The position numbers and the translations under genes are program-made. From Escherichia coli (GTDB lineage: Bacteria > Pseudomonadota > Gammaproteobacteria > Enterobacterales > Enterobacteriaceae): DNA of 64,000 nucleotides. Shown piece by piece: positions 46,157-58,385 of this stretch; the first letter of the stretch is position 1, and each line of letters starts with the position of its first letter. The DNA lies in the NCBI RefSeq assembly GCF_024700885.2, contig NZ_CP117016.1. One strand, written 5' to 3'. Under the pieces are notes generated by a model. The model searched no databases. It was not told where the DNA came from and saw only the letters and a list, made by a program, of their open reading frames with translations.

Positions 46157-46702
46157 TAGCTACCTCTCTCTGATTCAAAACAGGGCAATAATGTTGTTCC
46201 TTTCACACTATTGAATTAGCCGTTTAATTACCCACCATCTTCTTCCTGATTAACCAGAAAGAAATTCACAAGCTTATATTTTGTGACCTGGTTCAACTAA
46301 TCACAGTAAATAACTGCAAGTTCTCTTTTTATAACCCTATTAAAAATGACCGCTCTTAAAAATATTTATCAAAACGGTCATTTTTTTATTCACCCAAGCC
46401 AGAAATGCCCGTTTTCGGCACAAACAATTAATACGGTCATCAGGTTTGTGTTTTTTATGATTTATTTTCTGAAACGGGCATGAAATTTCGATTATTAAAG
46501 TGATGGTAGTCACATAAAGTCACCTCCCAGCTAATAAGTGTGACCGCCGTCATATTACAGAGCGTTTTTTATTTGAAAATGAATCCATGAGTTCATTTCA
46601 GACAGGCAAATATTCACTGATATGAAGCCCGAACTCGCTGGTTTTGCACTTTTGAAAACATAACCGATTACGTGCTTAAGCTTCTGAACCTAAGAGGATG
46701 CT
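46157..46702. promoter_or_regulatory. divergent fucAO / fucPIKUR control region
   Basis: 546-bp AT-rich intergenic region between divergently oriented fucA and fucP; individual CRP/FucR sites not resolved. Confidence 0.5.
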
Positions 46703-48019
46703 ATGGGAAACACATCAATACAAACGCAGAGTTACCGTGCGGTAGATAAAGATGCAGGGCAAAGCAGAAGTTACATTATTCCATTCGCGCTGCTGTGCTC
46801 ACTGTTTTTTCTTTGGGCGGTAGCCAATAACCTTAACGACATTTTATTACCTCAATTCCAGCAGGCTTTTACGCTGACAAATTTCCAGGCTGGCCTGATC
46901 CAATCGGCCTTTTACTTTGGTTATTTCATTATCCCAATCCCTGCTGGGATATTGATGAAAAAACTCAGTTATAAAGCAGGGATTATTACCGGATTATTTT
47001 TATATGCCTTGGGCGCTGCATTATTCTGGCCCGCTGCAGAAATAATGAACTACACCTTATTTTTAGTTGGCCTATTTATTATTGCAGCTGGATTAGGTTG
47101 TCTGGAAACTGCCGCAAACCCTTTTGTTACGGTATTAGGGCCGGAAAGCAGTGGTCACTTCCGCTTAAATCTTGCGCAAACATTTAACTCATTTGGCGCA
47201 ATTATCGCGGTTGTCTTTGGGCAAAGTCTTATTTTGTCTAACGTGCCACATCAATCGCAAGACGTTCTCGATAAAATGTCTCCAGAGCAATTGAGTGCGT
47301 ATAAACACAGCCTGGTATTATCGGTACAGACACCTTATATGATCATCGTGGCTATCGTGTTACTGGTCGCCCTGCTGATCATGCTGACGAAATTCCCGGC
47401 ATTGCAGAGTGATAATCACAGTGACGCCAAACAAGGATCGTTCTCCGCATCGCTTTCTCGTCTGGCGCGTATTCGTCACTGGCGCTGGGCGGTATTAGCG
47501 CAATTCTGCTATGTCGGCGCACAAACGGCCTGCTGGAGCTATTTGATTCGCTACGCTGTAGAAGAAATTCCAGGTATGACTGCAGGCTTTGCCGCTAACT
47601 ATTTAACCGGAACCATGGTGTGCTTCTTTATTGGTCGTTTCACCGGTACCTGGCTCATCAGTCGCTTCGCACCACACAAAGTCCTGGCCGCCTACGCATT
47701 AATCGCTATGGCACTGTGCCTGATCTCAGCCTTCGCTGGCGGTCATGTGGGCTTAATAGCCCTGACTTTATGCAGCGCCTTTATGTCGATTCAGTACCCA
47801 ACAATCTTCTCGCTGGGCATTAAAAATCTCGGCCAGGACACCAAATACGGTTCGTCCTTCATCGTTATGACCATTATTGGCGGCGGTATTGTCACTCCGG
47901 TCATGGGTTTTGTCAGTGACGCGGCGGGCAACATCCCCACTGCTGAACTGATCCCGGCACTCTGCTTCGCAGTCATCTTTATCTTTGCCCGTTTCCGTTC
48001 TCAAACGGCAACTAACTGA
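46703..48019 (+). CDS. fucP: L-fucose:H+ symporter
   Basis: 438-aa ORF, MGNTSIQTQSYRAVDKDAGQSRSYIIPFALLCSLFFLWAVANNLND... Confidence 0.95.
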   Translation: MGNTSIQTQSYRAVDKDAGQSRSYIIPFALLCSLFFLWAVANNLNDILLPQFQQAFTLTNFQAGLIQSAFYFGYFIIPIPAGILMKKLSYKAGIITGLFLYALGAALFWPAAEIMNYTLFLVGLFIIAAGLGCLETAANPFVTVLGPESSGHFRLNLAQTFNSFGAIIAVVFGQSLILSNVPHQSQDVLDKMSPEQLSAYKHSLVLSVQTPYMIIVAIVLLVALLIMLTKFPALQSDNHSDAKQGSFSASLSRLARIRHWRWAVLAQFCYVGAQTACWSYLIRYAVEEIPGMTAGFAANYLTGTMVCFFIGRFTGTWLISRFAPHKVLAAYALIAMALCLISAFAGGHVGLIALTLCSAFMSIQYPTIFSLGIKNLGQDTKYGSSFIVMTIIGGGIVTPVMGFVSDAAGNIPTAELIPALCFAVIFIFARFRSQTATN

Positions 48020-48051
48020 ACATATTTTCCGAATAAAGTGAGGAATCAGTA

Positions 48052-49827
48052 ATGAAAAAAATCAGCTTACCGAAAATTGGTATCCGCCCGGTTATTGACG
48101 GTCGTCGCATGGGTGTTCGTGAGTCGCTTGAAGAACAAACAATGAATATGGCGAAAGCCACGGCTGCACTGCTGACCGAGAAACTGCGCCATGCCTGCGG
48201 AGCTGCCGTCGAGTGTGTCATTTCCGATACCTGTATCGCGGGTATGGCTGAAGCCGCTGCTTGCGAAGAAAAATTCAGCAGTCAGAATGTAGGCCTCACC
48301 ATTACGGTAACGCCTTGCTGGTGCTATGGCAGTGAAACCATCGACATGGATCCAACCCGCCCGAAAGCCATTTGGGGCTTTAACGGCACTGAACGCCCCG
48401 GCGCTGTTTACCTGGCTGCGGCTCTGGCAGCTCACAGCCAGAAAGGCATCCCGGCATTCTCCATTTACGGTCATGACGTTCAGGATGCCGATGACACATC
48501 GATTCCTGCTGATGTTGAAGAAAAACTGCTGCGCTTTGCCCGTGCCGGTTTGGCCGTCGCCAGCATGAAAGGTAAAAGCTATCTGTCGCTGGGCGGCGTT
48601 TCGATGGGTATCGCCGGTTCCATTGTTGATCACAACTTCTTTGAATCCTGGCTGGGAATGAAAGTCCAGGCGGTGGATATGACCGAACTGCGTCGCCGTA
48701 TCGATCAGAAGATTTACGACGAAGCCGAACTGGAAATGGCGCTGGCCTGGGCTGATAAAAACTTCCGCTATGGCGAAGATGAAAATAACAAACAGTATCA
48801 ACGCAATGCCGAGCAAAGCCGCGCAGTTCTGCGCGAAAGTTTACTGATGGCGATGTGTATCCGCGACATGATGCAAGGCAACAGCAAACTGGCCGATATT
48901 GGTCGCGTGGAAGAATCACTTGGCTACAACGCCATCGCTGCGGGCTTCCAGGGACAACGCCACTGGACCGATCAATATCCCAATGGTGACACCGCCGAAG
49001 CGATCCTCAACAGTTCATTTGACTGGAATGGCGTGCGCGAACCCTTTGTCGTGGCGACCGAAAACGACAGTCTTAACGGCGTGGCAATGCTAATGGGTCA
49101 CCAACTCACCGGCACCGCGCAGGTATTTGCCGATGTGCGTACCTACTGGTCACCAGAAGCAATTGAGCGTGTAACGGGGCATAAACTGGACGGACTGGCA
49201 GAACACGGCATCATCCATTTGATCAACTCCGGTTCTGCTGCGCTGGACGGTTCCTGTAAACAACGCGACAGCGAAGGTAACCCGACGATGAAGCCACACT
49301 GGGAAATCTCTCAGCAAGAGGCTGACGCTTGCCTCGCCGCTACCGAATGGTGCCCGGCGATCCACGAATACTTCCGTGGCGGCGGTTACTCTTCCCGCTT
49401 CCTTACCGAAGGCGGCGTCCCGTTCACCATGACCCGTGTCAACATCATCAAAGGCCTGGGCCCGGTACTGCAAATCGCGGAAGGCTGGAGCGTTGAGTTA
49501 CCGAAGGATGTGCATGACATCCTCAACAAACGCACCAACTCAACCTGGCCAACCACCTGGTTTGCACCGCGCCTCACCGGTAAAGGGCCGTTTACGGATG
49601 TGTATTCGGTAATGGCGAACTGGGGCGCTAACCACGGGGTTCTGACCATCGGCCACGTTGGCGCAGACTTTATCACTCTCGCCTCCATGCTGCGTATCCC
49701 GGTATGTATGCACAACGTTGAAGAGACCAAAGTATATCGTCCTTCTGCCTGGGCCGCGCACGGCATGGATATTGAAGGCCAGGATTACCGCGCTTGCCAG
49801 AACTACGGCCCGTTGTACAAGCGTTAA
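48052..49827 (+). CDS. fucI: L-fucose isomerase
   Basis: 591-aa [39 protein letters not shown]... Confidence 0.97.
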   Translation: MKKISLPKIGIRPVIDGRRMGVRESLEEQTMNMAKATAALLTEKLRHACGAAVECVISDTCIAGMAEAAACEEKFSSQNVGLTITVTPCWCYGSETIDMDPTRPKAIWGFNGTERPGAVYLAAALAAHSQKGIPAFSIYGHDVQDADDTSIPADVEEKLLRFARAGLAVASMKGKSYLSLGGVSMGIAGSIVDHNFFESWLGMKVQAVDMTELRRRIDQKIYDEAELEMALAWADKNFRYGEDENNKQYQRNAEQSRAVLRESLLMAMCIRDMMQGNSKLADIGRVEESLGYNAIAAGFQGQRHWTDQYPNGDTAEAILNSSFDWNGVREPFVVATENDSLNGVAMLMGHQLTGTAQVFADVRTYWSPEAIERVTGHKLDGLAEHGIIHLINSGSAALDGSCKQRDSEGNPTMKPHWEISQQEADACLAATEWCPAIHEYFRGGGYSSRFLTEGGVPFTMTRVNIIKGLGPVLQIAEGWSVELPKDVHDILNKRTNSTWPTTWFAPRLTGKGPFTDVYSVMANWGANHGVLTIGHVGADFITLASMLRIPVCMHNVEETKVYRPSAWAAHGMDIEGQDYRACQNYGPLYKR

Positions 49828-49935
49828 TATATTACTCCCTGATGTGATGCCCGGTCGCTCCGGCTACCGGGCCTGAACAAGCAAGAGTGGTTAGCCGGAT
49901 AAACAATGTTATCCGGCTATATTGCAGGAGCGATT

Positions 49936-51354
49936 ATGAAACAAGAAGTTATCCTGGTACTCGACTGTGGCGCGACCAATGTCAGGGCCATCGCGGTTAA
50001 TCGGCAGGGAAAAATTGTTGCCCGCGCCTCAACGCCTAATGCCAGCGATATCGCGATGGAAAACAACACCTGGCACCAGTGGTCTTTAGACGCCATTTTG
50101 CAACGCTTTGCTGATTGCTGTCGGCAAATCAATAGTGAACTGACTGATTGCCACATCCGCGGTATCGCCGTCACCACCTTTGGTGTGGATGGCGCTCTGG
50201 TAGATAAGCAAGGCAATCTGCTCTATCCGATCATTAGCTGGAAATGTCCGCGAACAGCAGCGGTAATGGACAATATTGAACGGTTGATCTCCGCACAGCA
50301 GTTGCAGGCTATTTCTGGAGTCGGAGCCTTTAGTTTCAATACGTTATATAAGTTGGTGTGGTTGAAAGAAAATCATCCACAACTGCTGGAACGCGCGCAC
50401 GCCTGGCTCTTTATTTCGTCGCTGATTAACCACCGTTTAACCGGCGAATTCACTACTGATATCACGATGGCCGGAACCAGCCAGATGCTGGATATCCAGC
50501 AACGCGATTTCAGTCCGCAAATTTTACAAGCCACCGGTATTCCACGCCGACTCTTCCCTCGTCTGGTGGAAGCGGGTGAACAGATTGGTACGCTACAGAA
50601 CAGCGCCGCAGGAATGCTCGGCTTACCCGTTGGCATACCGGTGATTTCCGCAGGTCACGATACCCAGTTCGCCCTTTTTGGCGCTGGTGCCGACCAAAAT
50701 GAACCCGTGCTCTCTTCCGGTACATGGGAAATTTTAATGGTCCGTAGCACCCAGGTTGATACTTCGCTGTTAAGTCAGTACGCCGGTTCGACCTGCGAAC
50801 TGGATAGTCAGGCAGGGTTGTATAACCCAGGTATGCAATGGCTGGCATCCGGCGTGCTGGAATGGGTGAGAAAACTGTTCTGGACGGCTGAAACTCCCTG
50901 GCAAATGTTGATTGAAGAGGCTCGTCTGATCGCGCCTGGCGCGGATGGCGTGAAAATGCAGTGTGATTTATTGTCGTGTCAGAACGCTGGCTGGCAAGGA
51001 GTGACGCTTAATACCACGCGGGGGCATTTCTATCGCGCGGCGCTGGAAGGGTTAACTGCGCAATTACAGCACAATCTACAGATGCTGGAAAAAATCGGGC
51101 ACTTTAAAGCCTCTGAATTATTGTTAGTCGGTGGAGGAAGTCGCAACACATTGTGGAATCAGATTAAAGCCAATATGCTTGATATTCCGGTAAAAGTTCT
51201 CGACGACGCCGAAACGACCGTCGCAGGAGCTGCGATGTTCGGTTGGTATGGCGTAGGGGAATTTAACAGCCCGGAGGAAGCTCGCGCGCAGATTCATTAT
51301 CAGTACCGTTATTTCTACCCGCAAACTGAACCTGAATTTATAGAGGAAGTGTGA
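49936..51354 (+). CDS. fucK: L-fuculokinase
   Basis: ORF 49906..51354 trimmed to ATG at 49936 (472 aa, [32 protein letters not shown]...); the 482-aa form from 49906 cannot be excluded. Confidence 0.9.
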
Positions 51355-51355
51355 A

Positions 51356-51778
51356 ATGCTGAAAACAATTTCGCCGTTAATTTCTCCCGAACTATTGAAA
51401 GTGCTGGCAGAGATGGGACATGGAGATGAAATTATTTTTTCCGATGCTCACTTTCCCGCCCATTCGATGGGACCGCAGGTGATCCGCGCTGATGGCCTGT
51501 TGGTGAGCGACTTGCTCCAGGCGATTATCCCATTATTTGAGCTGGACAGTTATGCACCGCCGCTGGTGATGATGGCGGCGGTAGAAGGTGACACTCTCGA
51601 TCCTGAAGTAGAACGACGTTACCGTAATGCGCTTTCACTACAAGCCCCGTGTCCTGACATCATCCGCATCAATCGTTTTGCGTTTTATGAACGGGCACAA
51701 AAAGCCTTTGCGATCGTTATCACAGGCGAACGAGCGAAGTACGGGAATATTCTTTTAAAAAAAGGGGTAACACCGTAA
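51356..51778 (+). CDS. fucU: L-fucose mutarotase
   Basis: 140-aa [40 protein letters not shown]... Confidence 0.95.
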
Positions 51779-51835
51779 TCTCATACCGGTACGCCCGCAC
51801 GACGCGGGCGGTTATCGAATGATGGGGTGAAAAAT

Positions 51836-52567
51836 ATGAAAGCGGCACGCCAGCAAGCGATAGTCGACCTGCTGCTGAACCATACCAGCCTGACCACGGA
51901 AGCTCTTTCTGAACAGCTAAAGGTCAGTAAAGAAACCATTCGTCGCGATCTCAATGAATTACAGACGCAGGGTAAAATTCTGCGCAATCATGGGCGCGCT
52001 AAATATATCCACCGTCAAAATCAAGACAGTGGCGATCCCTTTCACATCCGGCTGAAAAGCCATTATGCGCATAAAGCAGATATCGCGCGCGAGGCGCTCG
52101 CGTGGATTGAAGAAGGGATGGTGATAGCCTTAGACGCCAGTTCAACCTGCTGGTATCTGGCACGCCAGTTGCCTGACATCAACATTCAGGTCTTCACCAA
52201 TAGCCATCCGATTTGCCATGAACTCGGTAAACGCGAACGCATTCAACTGATCAGTTCCGGTGGCACACTTGAGCGCAAATATGGCTGTTACGTCAATCCC
52301 TCGCTGATTTCCCAACTTAAATCGCTGGAAATCGATCTGTTTATTTTTTCTTGTGAAGGGATCGATAGCAGCGGTGCACTGTGGGACTCCAATGCCATCA
52401 ACGCTGATTACAAATCGATGCTATTAAAACGTGCCGCGCAATCGTTGTTATTGATTGATAAAAGTAAATTTAATCGTTCAGGGGAAGCCCGCATCGGGCA
52501 TCTGGATGAGGTAACGCACATTATTTCTGATGAGCGCCAGGTTGCAACTTCTTTGGTAACAGCCTGA
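51836..52567 (+). CDS. fucR: DeoR-family transcriptional activator of the fuc regulon
   Basis: ORF trimmed to ATG at 51836 (243 aa, MKAARQQAIVDLLLNHTSLTTEALSEQLKVSKETIRRDLNEL...). Confidence 0.93.
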   Translation: MKAARQQAIVDLLLNHTSLTTEALSEQLKVSKETIRRDLNELQTQGKILRNHGRAKYIHRQNQDSGDPFHIRLKSHYAHKADIAREALAWIEEGMVIALDASSTCWYLARQLPDINIQVFTNSHPICHELGKRERIQLISSGGTLERKYGCYVNPSLISQLKSLEIDLFIFSCEGIDSSGALWDSNAINADYKSMLLKRAAQSLLLIDKSKFNRSGEARIGHLDEVTHIISDERQVATSLVTA

Positions 52568-52610
52568 CGGAAAGGGTAGCAGGCCGGAGACGACGCCCCG
52601 GCCTTGCCTG

Positions 52611-53711
52611 TTATCGCTCGTCGCGACGACCACCCACCGCAGCCCAGATACGGCGGACGTGCACCGTCACTTCTTCGCGATCGTGATACAACTGCCGCGC
52701 CTGGATCTGAGCATTTATGCCATGTTCATCAAGCTGTGCCTGAATATACGCCAGATTGTGTGACACTTCTTCGTAGCGTTTTTTCATCGGCAGTTTGAGG
52801 TTGAAAATGGTTTCACGACACCAGCCATTAACCAGCCACTGCGCCATCAATGCCGCAACTTTCGCCGGTTTTTCAACCATATCGCATACCATCCAGGAGA
52901 TATTGCTGCGCGTCGGACGGAATTTGAAACCGTCTTCCCGCAGCCACGTCACCTGCCCGGTATCCATCAGACTTTGCGCCATCGGGCCGTTGTCGACGGA
53001 ATAAACCCACATGTTGCGCTTCACCAGTTGGTAGGTCCAGCCGCCAGGGCAAGCGCCTAAATCCACCGCCCACATCCCGTTCGCCAGGCGTTCATCCCAC
53101 TCATCCGCAGGAATAAACACATGAAATGCCTCTTCCAGTTTGAGCGTGGAACGACTCGGCGCATCTGCCGGAAATTTCAGGCGCGGAATGCCCATATAGA
53201 ACGGCGAATTATTGTTGCTGTATGAGTAACCGGTATAGCAGCAGCCTGGTGCAATAAAGAATACATGCACAACCGGACGCTTCGGCGTTTCATAGTTCGC
53301 CAGCACACCCGCATCACGCAAGGCAGCGCGTAGCGGCACGGTGAATTTACGGCAGAATTTCAGCAACTCTTTGCTTTCGTTGGTATCGGCAACTTCAACA
53401 CGCAGTTCACCGCCCTTCTCTACTACGCCCTGTAACATACCGACAATGGGGGTAATACGATCTTCAGGCGGCAAATGCTGCAGGAGTTCCCCCACCACAA
53501 ACCACTGGCGGGCAAAAATTAATGAACTGAACGGCAGCTCACGGATTAACTTATCGCCATCATCAGGTTGATAACATTCATAAATGACATAACCCGCATT
53601 CTCTTTCACGCGGGCAAAACCGAAAATTTCCCGCTGACCGGCTTTATCGGTAATTTCTGCGGCGCACTCTTTTTCAAAGCCCGGACGGCACAGCAATACA
53701 ACCTTATTCAT
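52611..53711 (-). CDS. rlmM: 23S rRNA 2'-O-ribose C2498 methyltransferase
   Basis: 366-aa [38 protein letters not shown]... Confidence 0.92.
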
Positions 53712-54099
53712 GACTTACGCCCTTGCGCTTTAAACGGATAGCACCAATTAACATTAACGCCCAGCCCGCAAGGAAGCTCACGCCGCCAACTGGTGTGACA
53801 AACGCCCACAAACGCAGATGGGACAGCGCCAGGCAATAAAGGCTGCCGCTGAACAGCACCGTGCCTAACGCGAGGAAAACGCTACTCCAGTAAAACCAGA
53901 TACTGATGCGACGCTGCATTGCCACCGCCAGACCTAAGATCGCCAGCGTGTGGAACGCCTGGTATTCGAGACCGGTCTGGATCCAGCCCATCTCAACGGC
54001 CCCCATGGTTTTACTTAACACATGCGCGCCAAAAGCGCCCAGAGCCACAAAAATGAAGCCGCTAATGGCGGCAAAAATCAGCATAAAACGGCTGGTCAT
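53704..54099 (-). CDS. ygdD: DUF423 inner-membrane protein
   Basis: 131-aa [33 protein letters not shown]...; overlaps rlmM start by 8 nt. Confidence 0.88.
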
Positions 54100-54117
54100 G
54101 GTCGTACCCTACGTAAA

Positions 54118-55035
54118 TTATTGTTCATAACGAAAGCGGAATTTTTCTTGTTCAGCAGCGGCTTTCGCCAGGATCCATTGGCGAAAGGCGGCTATTTTAC
54201 CCAGTTCTGCCTGGCTGTCATGACAAACCAGATAAAAAGCGTTTTTACTGACCAGAACATCATTAAACGGGCAAACAAGACGTCCGGCCTCAATTTCAGA
54301 TTGCGCCATCACGTTATTTGCCAGCGCCACTCCCTGCCCGTGGATAGCCGCTTGCAGCACCATGGCGCTATGGCTAAAAATTGGCCCTTGCTGAACGTTG
54401 ATATGATTTAACCCCAACTGTCGGGTATATGTCTGCCAGTCACGACGCGACGCATCATGTAATAACGTATGTTTAGCCAGATCTTCCGGGGTCTTCAAGG
54501 GTTTTTCGCCAGTCAGTAGTAGCGGCGAACACACCGGCAATAAATATTCGGCGTACAGTTTTTCCACCCGTAGCCCCGGCCAGTTGCCCCGACCATAAAA
54601 TATCGCCACATCAACATCATCCGCCAGCTTATCTTCCTGACGATCAACCGCCTGGATTCGAACGTCAATTCCCGGATAAGCTGAATTAAAGCTGGAAAGT
54701 CGCGGAACCAACCAATGAATGGCGAAACTGGGGAGTAAACTGACCGTCAACGCCCCCTTGGCGCTACGGGCCTGGAGTTTACGCGTCGCTTCGGTTAATT
54801 GCGAAAATATCTCTTTGATATCGAGGAAATAGCTTTGACCTTCCTCGGTCAGCAGGAGTGAACGATTACGGCGGCGGAACAGTTTTAGCCCCAGAAAATC
54901 CTCAAGAGACTTGATTTGATGACTTACTGCGGCCTGGGTCACAAAAAGCTCTTCTGCTGCGCGAGTGAAACTTAAATGGCGTGCTGCGGCATCAAAAACT
55001 CGTAAGGCATTTAGCGGTGGTAATCGTTTAGACAT
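54118..55035 (-). CDS. gcvA: LysR-type regulator of glycine cleavage genes
   Basis: 305-aa ORF, MSKRLPPLNALRVFDAAARHLSFTRAAEELFVTQAAVSHQIK... Confidence 0.95.
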   Translation of the reverse strand: MSKRLPPLNALRVFDAAARHLSFTRAAEELFVTQAAVSHQIKSLEDFLGLKLFRRRNRSLLLTEEGQSYFLDIKEIFSQLTEATRKLQARSAKGALTVSLLPSFAIHWLVPRLSSFNSAYPGIDVRIQAVDRQEDKLADDVDVAIFYGRGNWPGLRVEKLYAEYLLPVCSPLLLTGEKPLKTPEDLAKHTLLHDASRRDWQTYTRQLGLNHINVQQGPIFSHSAMVLQAAIHGQGVALANNVMAQSEIEAGRLVCPFNDVLVSKNAFYLVCHDSQAELGKIAAFRQWILAKAAAEQEKFRFRYEQ

Positions 55036-55128
55036 GGCTTTTAAACTTTGATGTTAAATGAATTTAACAATTAGATCACACTGTGTAACCTATTAGTTTT
55101 TTTAATCTGAGCCATTATAAATTGTCCG

Positions 55129-55157
55129 TTGAGCTTCTACCAGCAAATACCTATAGT
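55129..55157 (+). promoter_or_regulatory. gcvB promoter (TTGAGC-17-TATAGT)
   Basis: -35 TTGAGC at 55129-55134 and -10 TATAGT at 55152-55157; the recognised gcvB 5' end follows 7 nt later. Confidence 0.6.
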
Positions 55158-55163
55158 GGCGGC

Positions 55164-55369
55164 ACTTCCTGAGCCGGAACGAAAAGTTTGATCGGAATGC
55201 GTGTTCTGGTGAACTTTTGGCTTACGGTTGTGATGTTGTGTTGTTGTGTTTGCAATTGGTCTGCGATTCAGACCATGGTAGCAAAGCTACCTTTTTTCAC
55301 TTCCTGTACATTTACCCTGTCTGTCCATAGTGATTAATGTAGCACCGCCTAATTGCGGTGCTTTTTTTT
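55164..55369 (+). ncRNA. gcvB: GcvB small RNA
   Basis: ACTTCCTGAGCCGGAACGAAAAGTTT... with GU-rich TGTGATGTTGTGTTGTTGTGTTTGCAATTGG region, ending in terminator AGCACCGCCTAATTGCGGTGCTTTTTTTT; divergent from gcvA. Confidence 0.93.
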
Positions 55370-55385
55370 ACCTTGCGATCGCGAA

Positions 55386-55613
55386 TTACTGATCCAGTTC
55401 GACCATCTCTTTCACGTCAGTACGGTTGATCTGCTGTTTGTTGCCATTAGCGTCTTTATACGAAATCATACCGGTATCGTTATCAGTCTGTGGTTTGCCG
55501 TCAGAGACGATGGTACGTCCGTCATTGGTGTGCATCACATAGTTCGAACCGGAACAGGCGCTCAGGGCAAAAGTCAGCATACAGGCAGAAATAATTGCGG
55601 CAGTCTTTTTCAT
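55386..55613 (-). CDS. ygdI: DUF903-family lipoprotein
   Basis: ORF trimmed to second Met (75 aa, [33 protein letters not shown]...); lipobox LSAC. Confidence 0.88.
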   Translation of the reverse strand: MKKTAAIISACMLTFALSACSGSNYVMHTNDGRTIVSDGKPQTDNDTGMISYKDANGNKQQINRTDVKEMVELDQ

Positions 55614-55804
55614 CATCTTCTCCTTAAAGCGATTAATAAATCTTAATAGTATTGATTAACAGGCTAAAATTAACGCCTAACACTATTCAGCATATGTTAC
55701 TGACGCGGCTTCGCCAGGATATCCAGATAATTCTGATGGTTAGCACTCTCCTTGTATCAAAGTGAATTTTGCGTCACGATCGGTTCATCAAGCCGAGGAG
55801 TACC

Positions 55805-57010
55805 ATGAACGTTTTTAATCCCGCGCAGTTTCGCGCCCAGTTTCCCGCACTTCAGGATGCGGGCGTCTATCTCGACAGCGCCGCGACCGCGCTTAAACCT
55901 GAAGCCGTGGTTGAAGCCACCCGACAGTTTTACAGCCTGAGCGCCGGAAACGTCCATCGCAGCCAGTTTGCCGAAGCCCAACGCCTGACCGCGCGTTATG
56001 AAGCTGCGCGAGAGAAAGTGGCGCAATTACTGAATGCATCGGATGACAAAAATATCGTCTGGACGCGCGGCACCACTGAATCCATCAACATGGTGGCACA
56101 ATGCTATGCGCGTCCGCGTCTGCAACCGGGCGATGAGATTATTGTCAGCGTGGCAGAACACCACGCCAACCTCGTCCCCTGGCTGATGGTCGCCCAACAA
56201 ACTGGAGCCAAAGTGGTGAAATTGCCGCTTAATGCGCAGCGGTTGCCAGATGTCGATTTGTTGCCGGAACTGATTACTCCTCGTAGTCGGATTCTGGCGT
56301 TGGGTCAGATGTCGAACGTGACTGGCGGTTGCCCGGATCTGGCACGAGCGATTACCTTTGCTCATTCAGCCGGGATGGTGGTGATGGTTGATGGTGCTCA
56401 GGGGGCGGTGCATGTCCCCGCAGATGTTCAGCAACTGGATATCGATTTCTATGCTTTCTCTGGTCACAAACTGTATGGCCCGACGGGTATCGGCGTGCTG
56501 TATGGCAAATCAGAACTGCTGGAAGCGATGTCACCCTGGCTGGGTGGCGGCAAAATGATTCACGAAGTGAGTTTTGACGGCTTCACGACTCAATCTGCGC
56601 CGTGGAAACTGGAAGCCGGAACGCCAAATGTCGCTGGTGTCATAGGATTAAGCGCGGCGCTGGAATGGCTGGCAGATTACGATATCAACCAGACTGAAAA
56701 CTGGAGCCGTAGCTTAGCAACGCTGGCGGAAGATGCGCTGGCGAAACGTCCAGGCTTTCGTTCATTCCGCTGCCAGGATTCCAGCCTGCTGGCCTTCGAT
56801 TTTGCTGGCGTTCATCACAGCGATATGGTGACGCTGCTGGCGGAGTACGGTATTGCCCTGCGGGCCGGGCAGCATTGCGCTCAGCCGCTACTGGCAGAAT
56901 TAGGCGTAACCGGCACACTGCGTGCCTCATTTGCGCCATATAATACAAAGAGTGATGTGGATGCGCTGGTGAATGCCGTTGACCGCGCGCTGGAATTATT
57001 GGTGGATTAA
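55805..57010 (+). CDS. csdA: cysteine desulfurase CsdA
   Basis: ORF 55769..57010 trimmed to ATG at 55805 (401 aa, [35 protein letters not shown]...). Confidence 0.93.
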   Translation: MNVFNPAQFRAQFPALQDAGVYLDSAATALKPEAVVEATRQFYSLSAGNVHRSQFAEAQRLTARYEAAREKVAQLLNASDDKNIVWTRGTTESINMVAQCYARPRLQPGDEIIVSVAEHHANLVPWLMVAQQTGAKVVKLPLNAQRLPDVDLLPELITPRSRILALGQMSNVTGGCPDLARAITFAHSAGMVVMVDGAQGAVHVPADVQQLDIDFYAFSGHKLYGPTGIGVLYGKSELLEAMSPWLGGGKMIHEVSFDGFTTQSAPWKLEAGTPNVAGVIGLSAALEWLADYDINQTENWSRSLATLAEDALAKRPGFRSFRCQDSSLLAFDFAGVHHSDMVTLLAEYGIALRAGQHCAQPLLAELGVTGTLRASFAPYNTKSDVDALVNAVDRALELLVD

Positions 57011-57453
57011 TGACGAACCCGCAATTCGCCGGACATCCGTTCGGCACAACCGTAACCGCAGAAACGTTACGCAATACCTTCGCACCGTTGACGCAATGGG
57101 AAGATAAATATCGCCAGTTGATCATGCTGGGGAAACAGCTTCCGGCTTTGCCAGACGAGTTAAAAGCGCAGGCTAAAGAGATTGCCGGATGCGAAAACCG
57201 CGTCTGGCTGGGATATACCGTGGCTGAAAACGGTAAAATGCACTTCTTTGGCGACAGCGAAGGGCGCATTGTGCGCGGCCTGCTGGCGGTGTTGTTGACT
57301 GCCGTTGAGGGGAAAACCGCCGCCGAATTGCAGGCACAGTCGCCGCTGGCATTGTTTGATGAGCTGGGATTGCGTGCGCAGCTTAGCGCCTCACGCAGCC
57401 AGGGGTTGAATGCGTTAAGCGAGGCGATTATCGCTGCGGCGAAGCAGGTTTAA
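57010..57453 (+). CDS. csdE: sulfur acceptor protein CsdE
   Basis: 147-aa [40 protein letters not shown]...; start overlaps csdA stop. Confidence 0.93.
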   Translation: MTNPQFAGHPFGTTVTAETLRNTFAPLTQWEDKYRQLIMLGKQLPALPDELKAQAKEIAGCENRVWLGYTVAENGKMHFFGDSEGRIVRGLLAVLLTAVEGKTAAELQAQSPLALFDELGLRAQLSASRSQGLNALSEAIIAAAKQV

Positions 57454-57464
57454 GCACAGAACCA

Positions 57465-57496
57465 GGTCGGATAAGACGTTCGCGTCGCATCCGACC
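57465..57496. repeat. REP-like palindrome between convergent csdE and tcdA
   Basis: GGTCGGATAAGACGTTCGCGTCGCATCCGACC. Confidence 0.6.
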
Positions 57497-57503
57497 TGAT
57501 TGT

Positions 57504-58310
57504 TTACCCCTGACGCGCCGCTTTCGCCATCATCTTCTTCAGCGCATGAGAAACCGCAACAAAACCAAAGGTGGCGGTCACCATCGTCGCAGCACCAAAT
57601 CCAGATGCACAATCCATTCGCTTTGGCCCTTCCGCCGTAGCTTTCATTGCACAGACCGTGCCATCTGACTGCGGGTACACCAGCGCTTCGGTAGAGAACA
57701 CGCAATCCACGCCGAGCTTACCTTTGCTGTTTTTCACTACGCCAAAATCGCTTTTCAGGCGCTCGCGCAACTTCGCCGCCAGCGGGTCCTGAATCGTTTT
57801 CGCCAGATCGGTAACCTGAATCTGCGTCGGGTCAATCTGCCCACCCGCGCCACCAGTCGTGACCAGCGGGATTTTATTGCGCCGACAATAAGCAATCAGC
57901 GCCGCTTTGGGCCGTACGCTATCAATGGCATCAATCACGTACGAATAACCCACGCTCATATACTGCGCTACGTTATCCGGCGTCACGAAATCATCCACCA
58001 CCGTTACACGGCACTCCGGGTTAATCTGGCGAATACGCTCCGCCATAACTTCCGCTTTTGCCAGCCCAACGTTATCGCGCAGGGCATGAATTTGCCGATT
58101 GGTATTGGTGACGCACACATCATCCATATCGATAAGCGTGATTGCGCCAATCCCCGTGCGCGCCAGCGCTTCCGCCGCCCAGGAACCGACACCGCCAATA
58201 CCGACCACACAAATATGCGCGTCAGCAAACAGTTGCAACGCTTTTTCACCATACAGACGCGCTGTGCCACCAAAACGCTGACGCCATGCATCACTAATTA
58301 CCACAGACAT
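57504..58310 (-). CDS. tcdA: tRNA threonylcarbamoyladenosine dehydratase (ThiF/MoeB-like)
   Basis: 268-aa ORF, MSVVISDAWRQRFGGTARLYGEKALQLFADAHICVVGIGGVGSW... Confidence 0.92.
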   Translation of the reverse strand: MSVVISDAWRQRFGGTARLYGEKALQLFADAHICVVGIGGVGSWAAEALARTGIGAITLIDMDDVCVTNTNRQIHALRDNVGLAKAEVMAERIRQINPECRVTVVDDFVTPDNVAQYMSVGYSYVIDAIDSVRPKAALIAYCRRNKIPLVTTGGAGGQIDPTQIQVTDLAKTIQDPLAAKLRERLKSDFGVVKNSKGKLGVDCVFSTEALVYPQSDGTVCAMKATAEGPKRMDCASGFGAATMVTATFGFVAVSHALKKMMAKAARQG

Positions 58311-58385
58311 AGCACCTCAGAATAAAAAGGGCGAGGTTATCCCTCACCCTGTCGTATCCGTAAAAACGGCATACAGAATATCACA

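Noticed and set aside
51792-51810. GC-rich stem-loop (CGCCCGC-ACGAC-GCGGGCG) between fucU and fucR.
   Set aside because: Not followed by a U-run on either strand and only 25 nt from the fucR start; not called as a terminator.
52578-52606. GC-rich inverted repeat (GGCCGG...CCGGCC) between convergent fucR and rlmM.
   Set aside because: No adjacent T-tract and only a short stem; insufficient evidence for a terminator or REP element.
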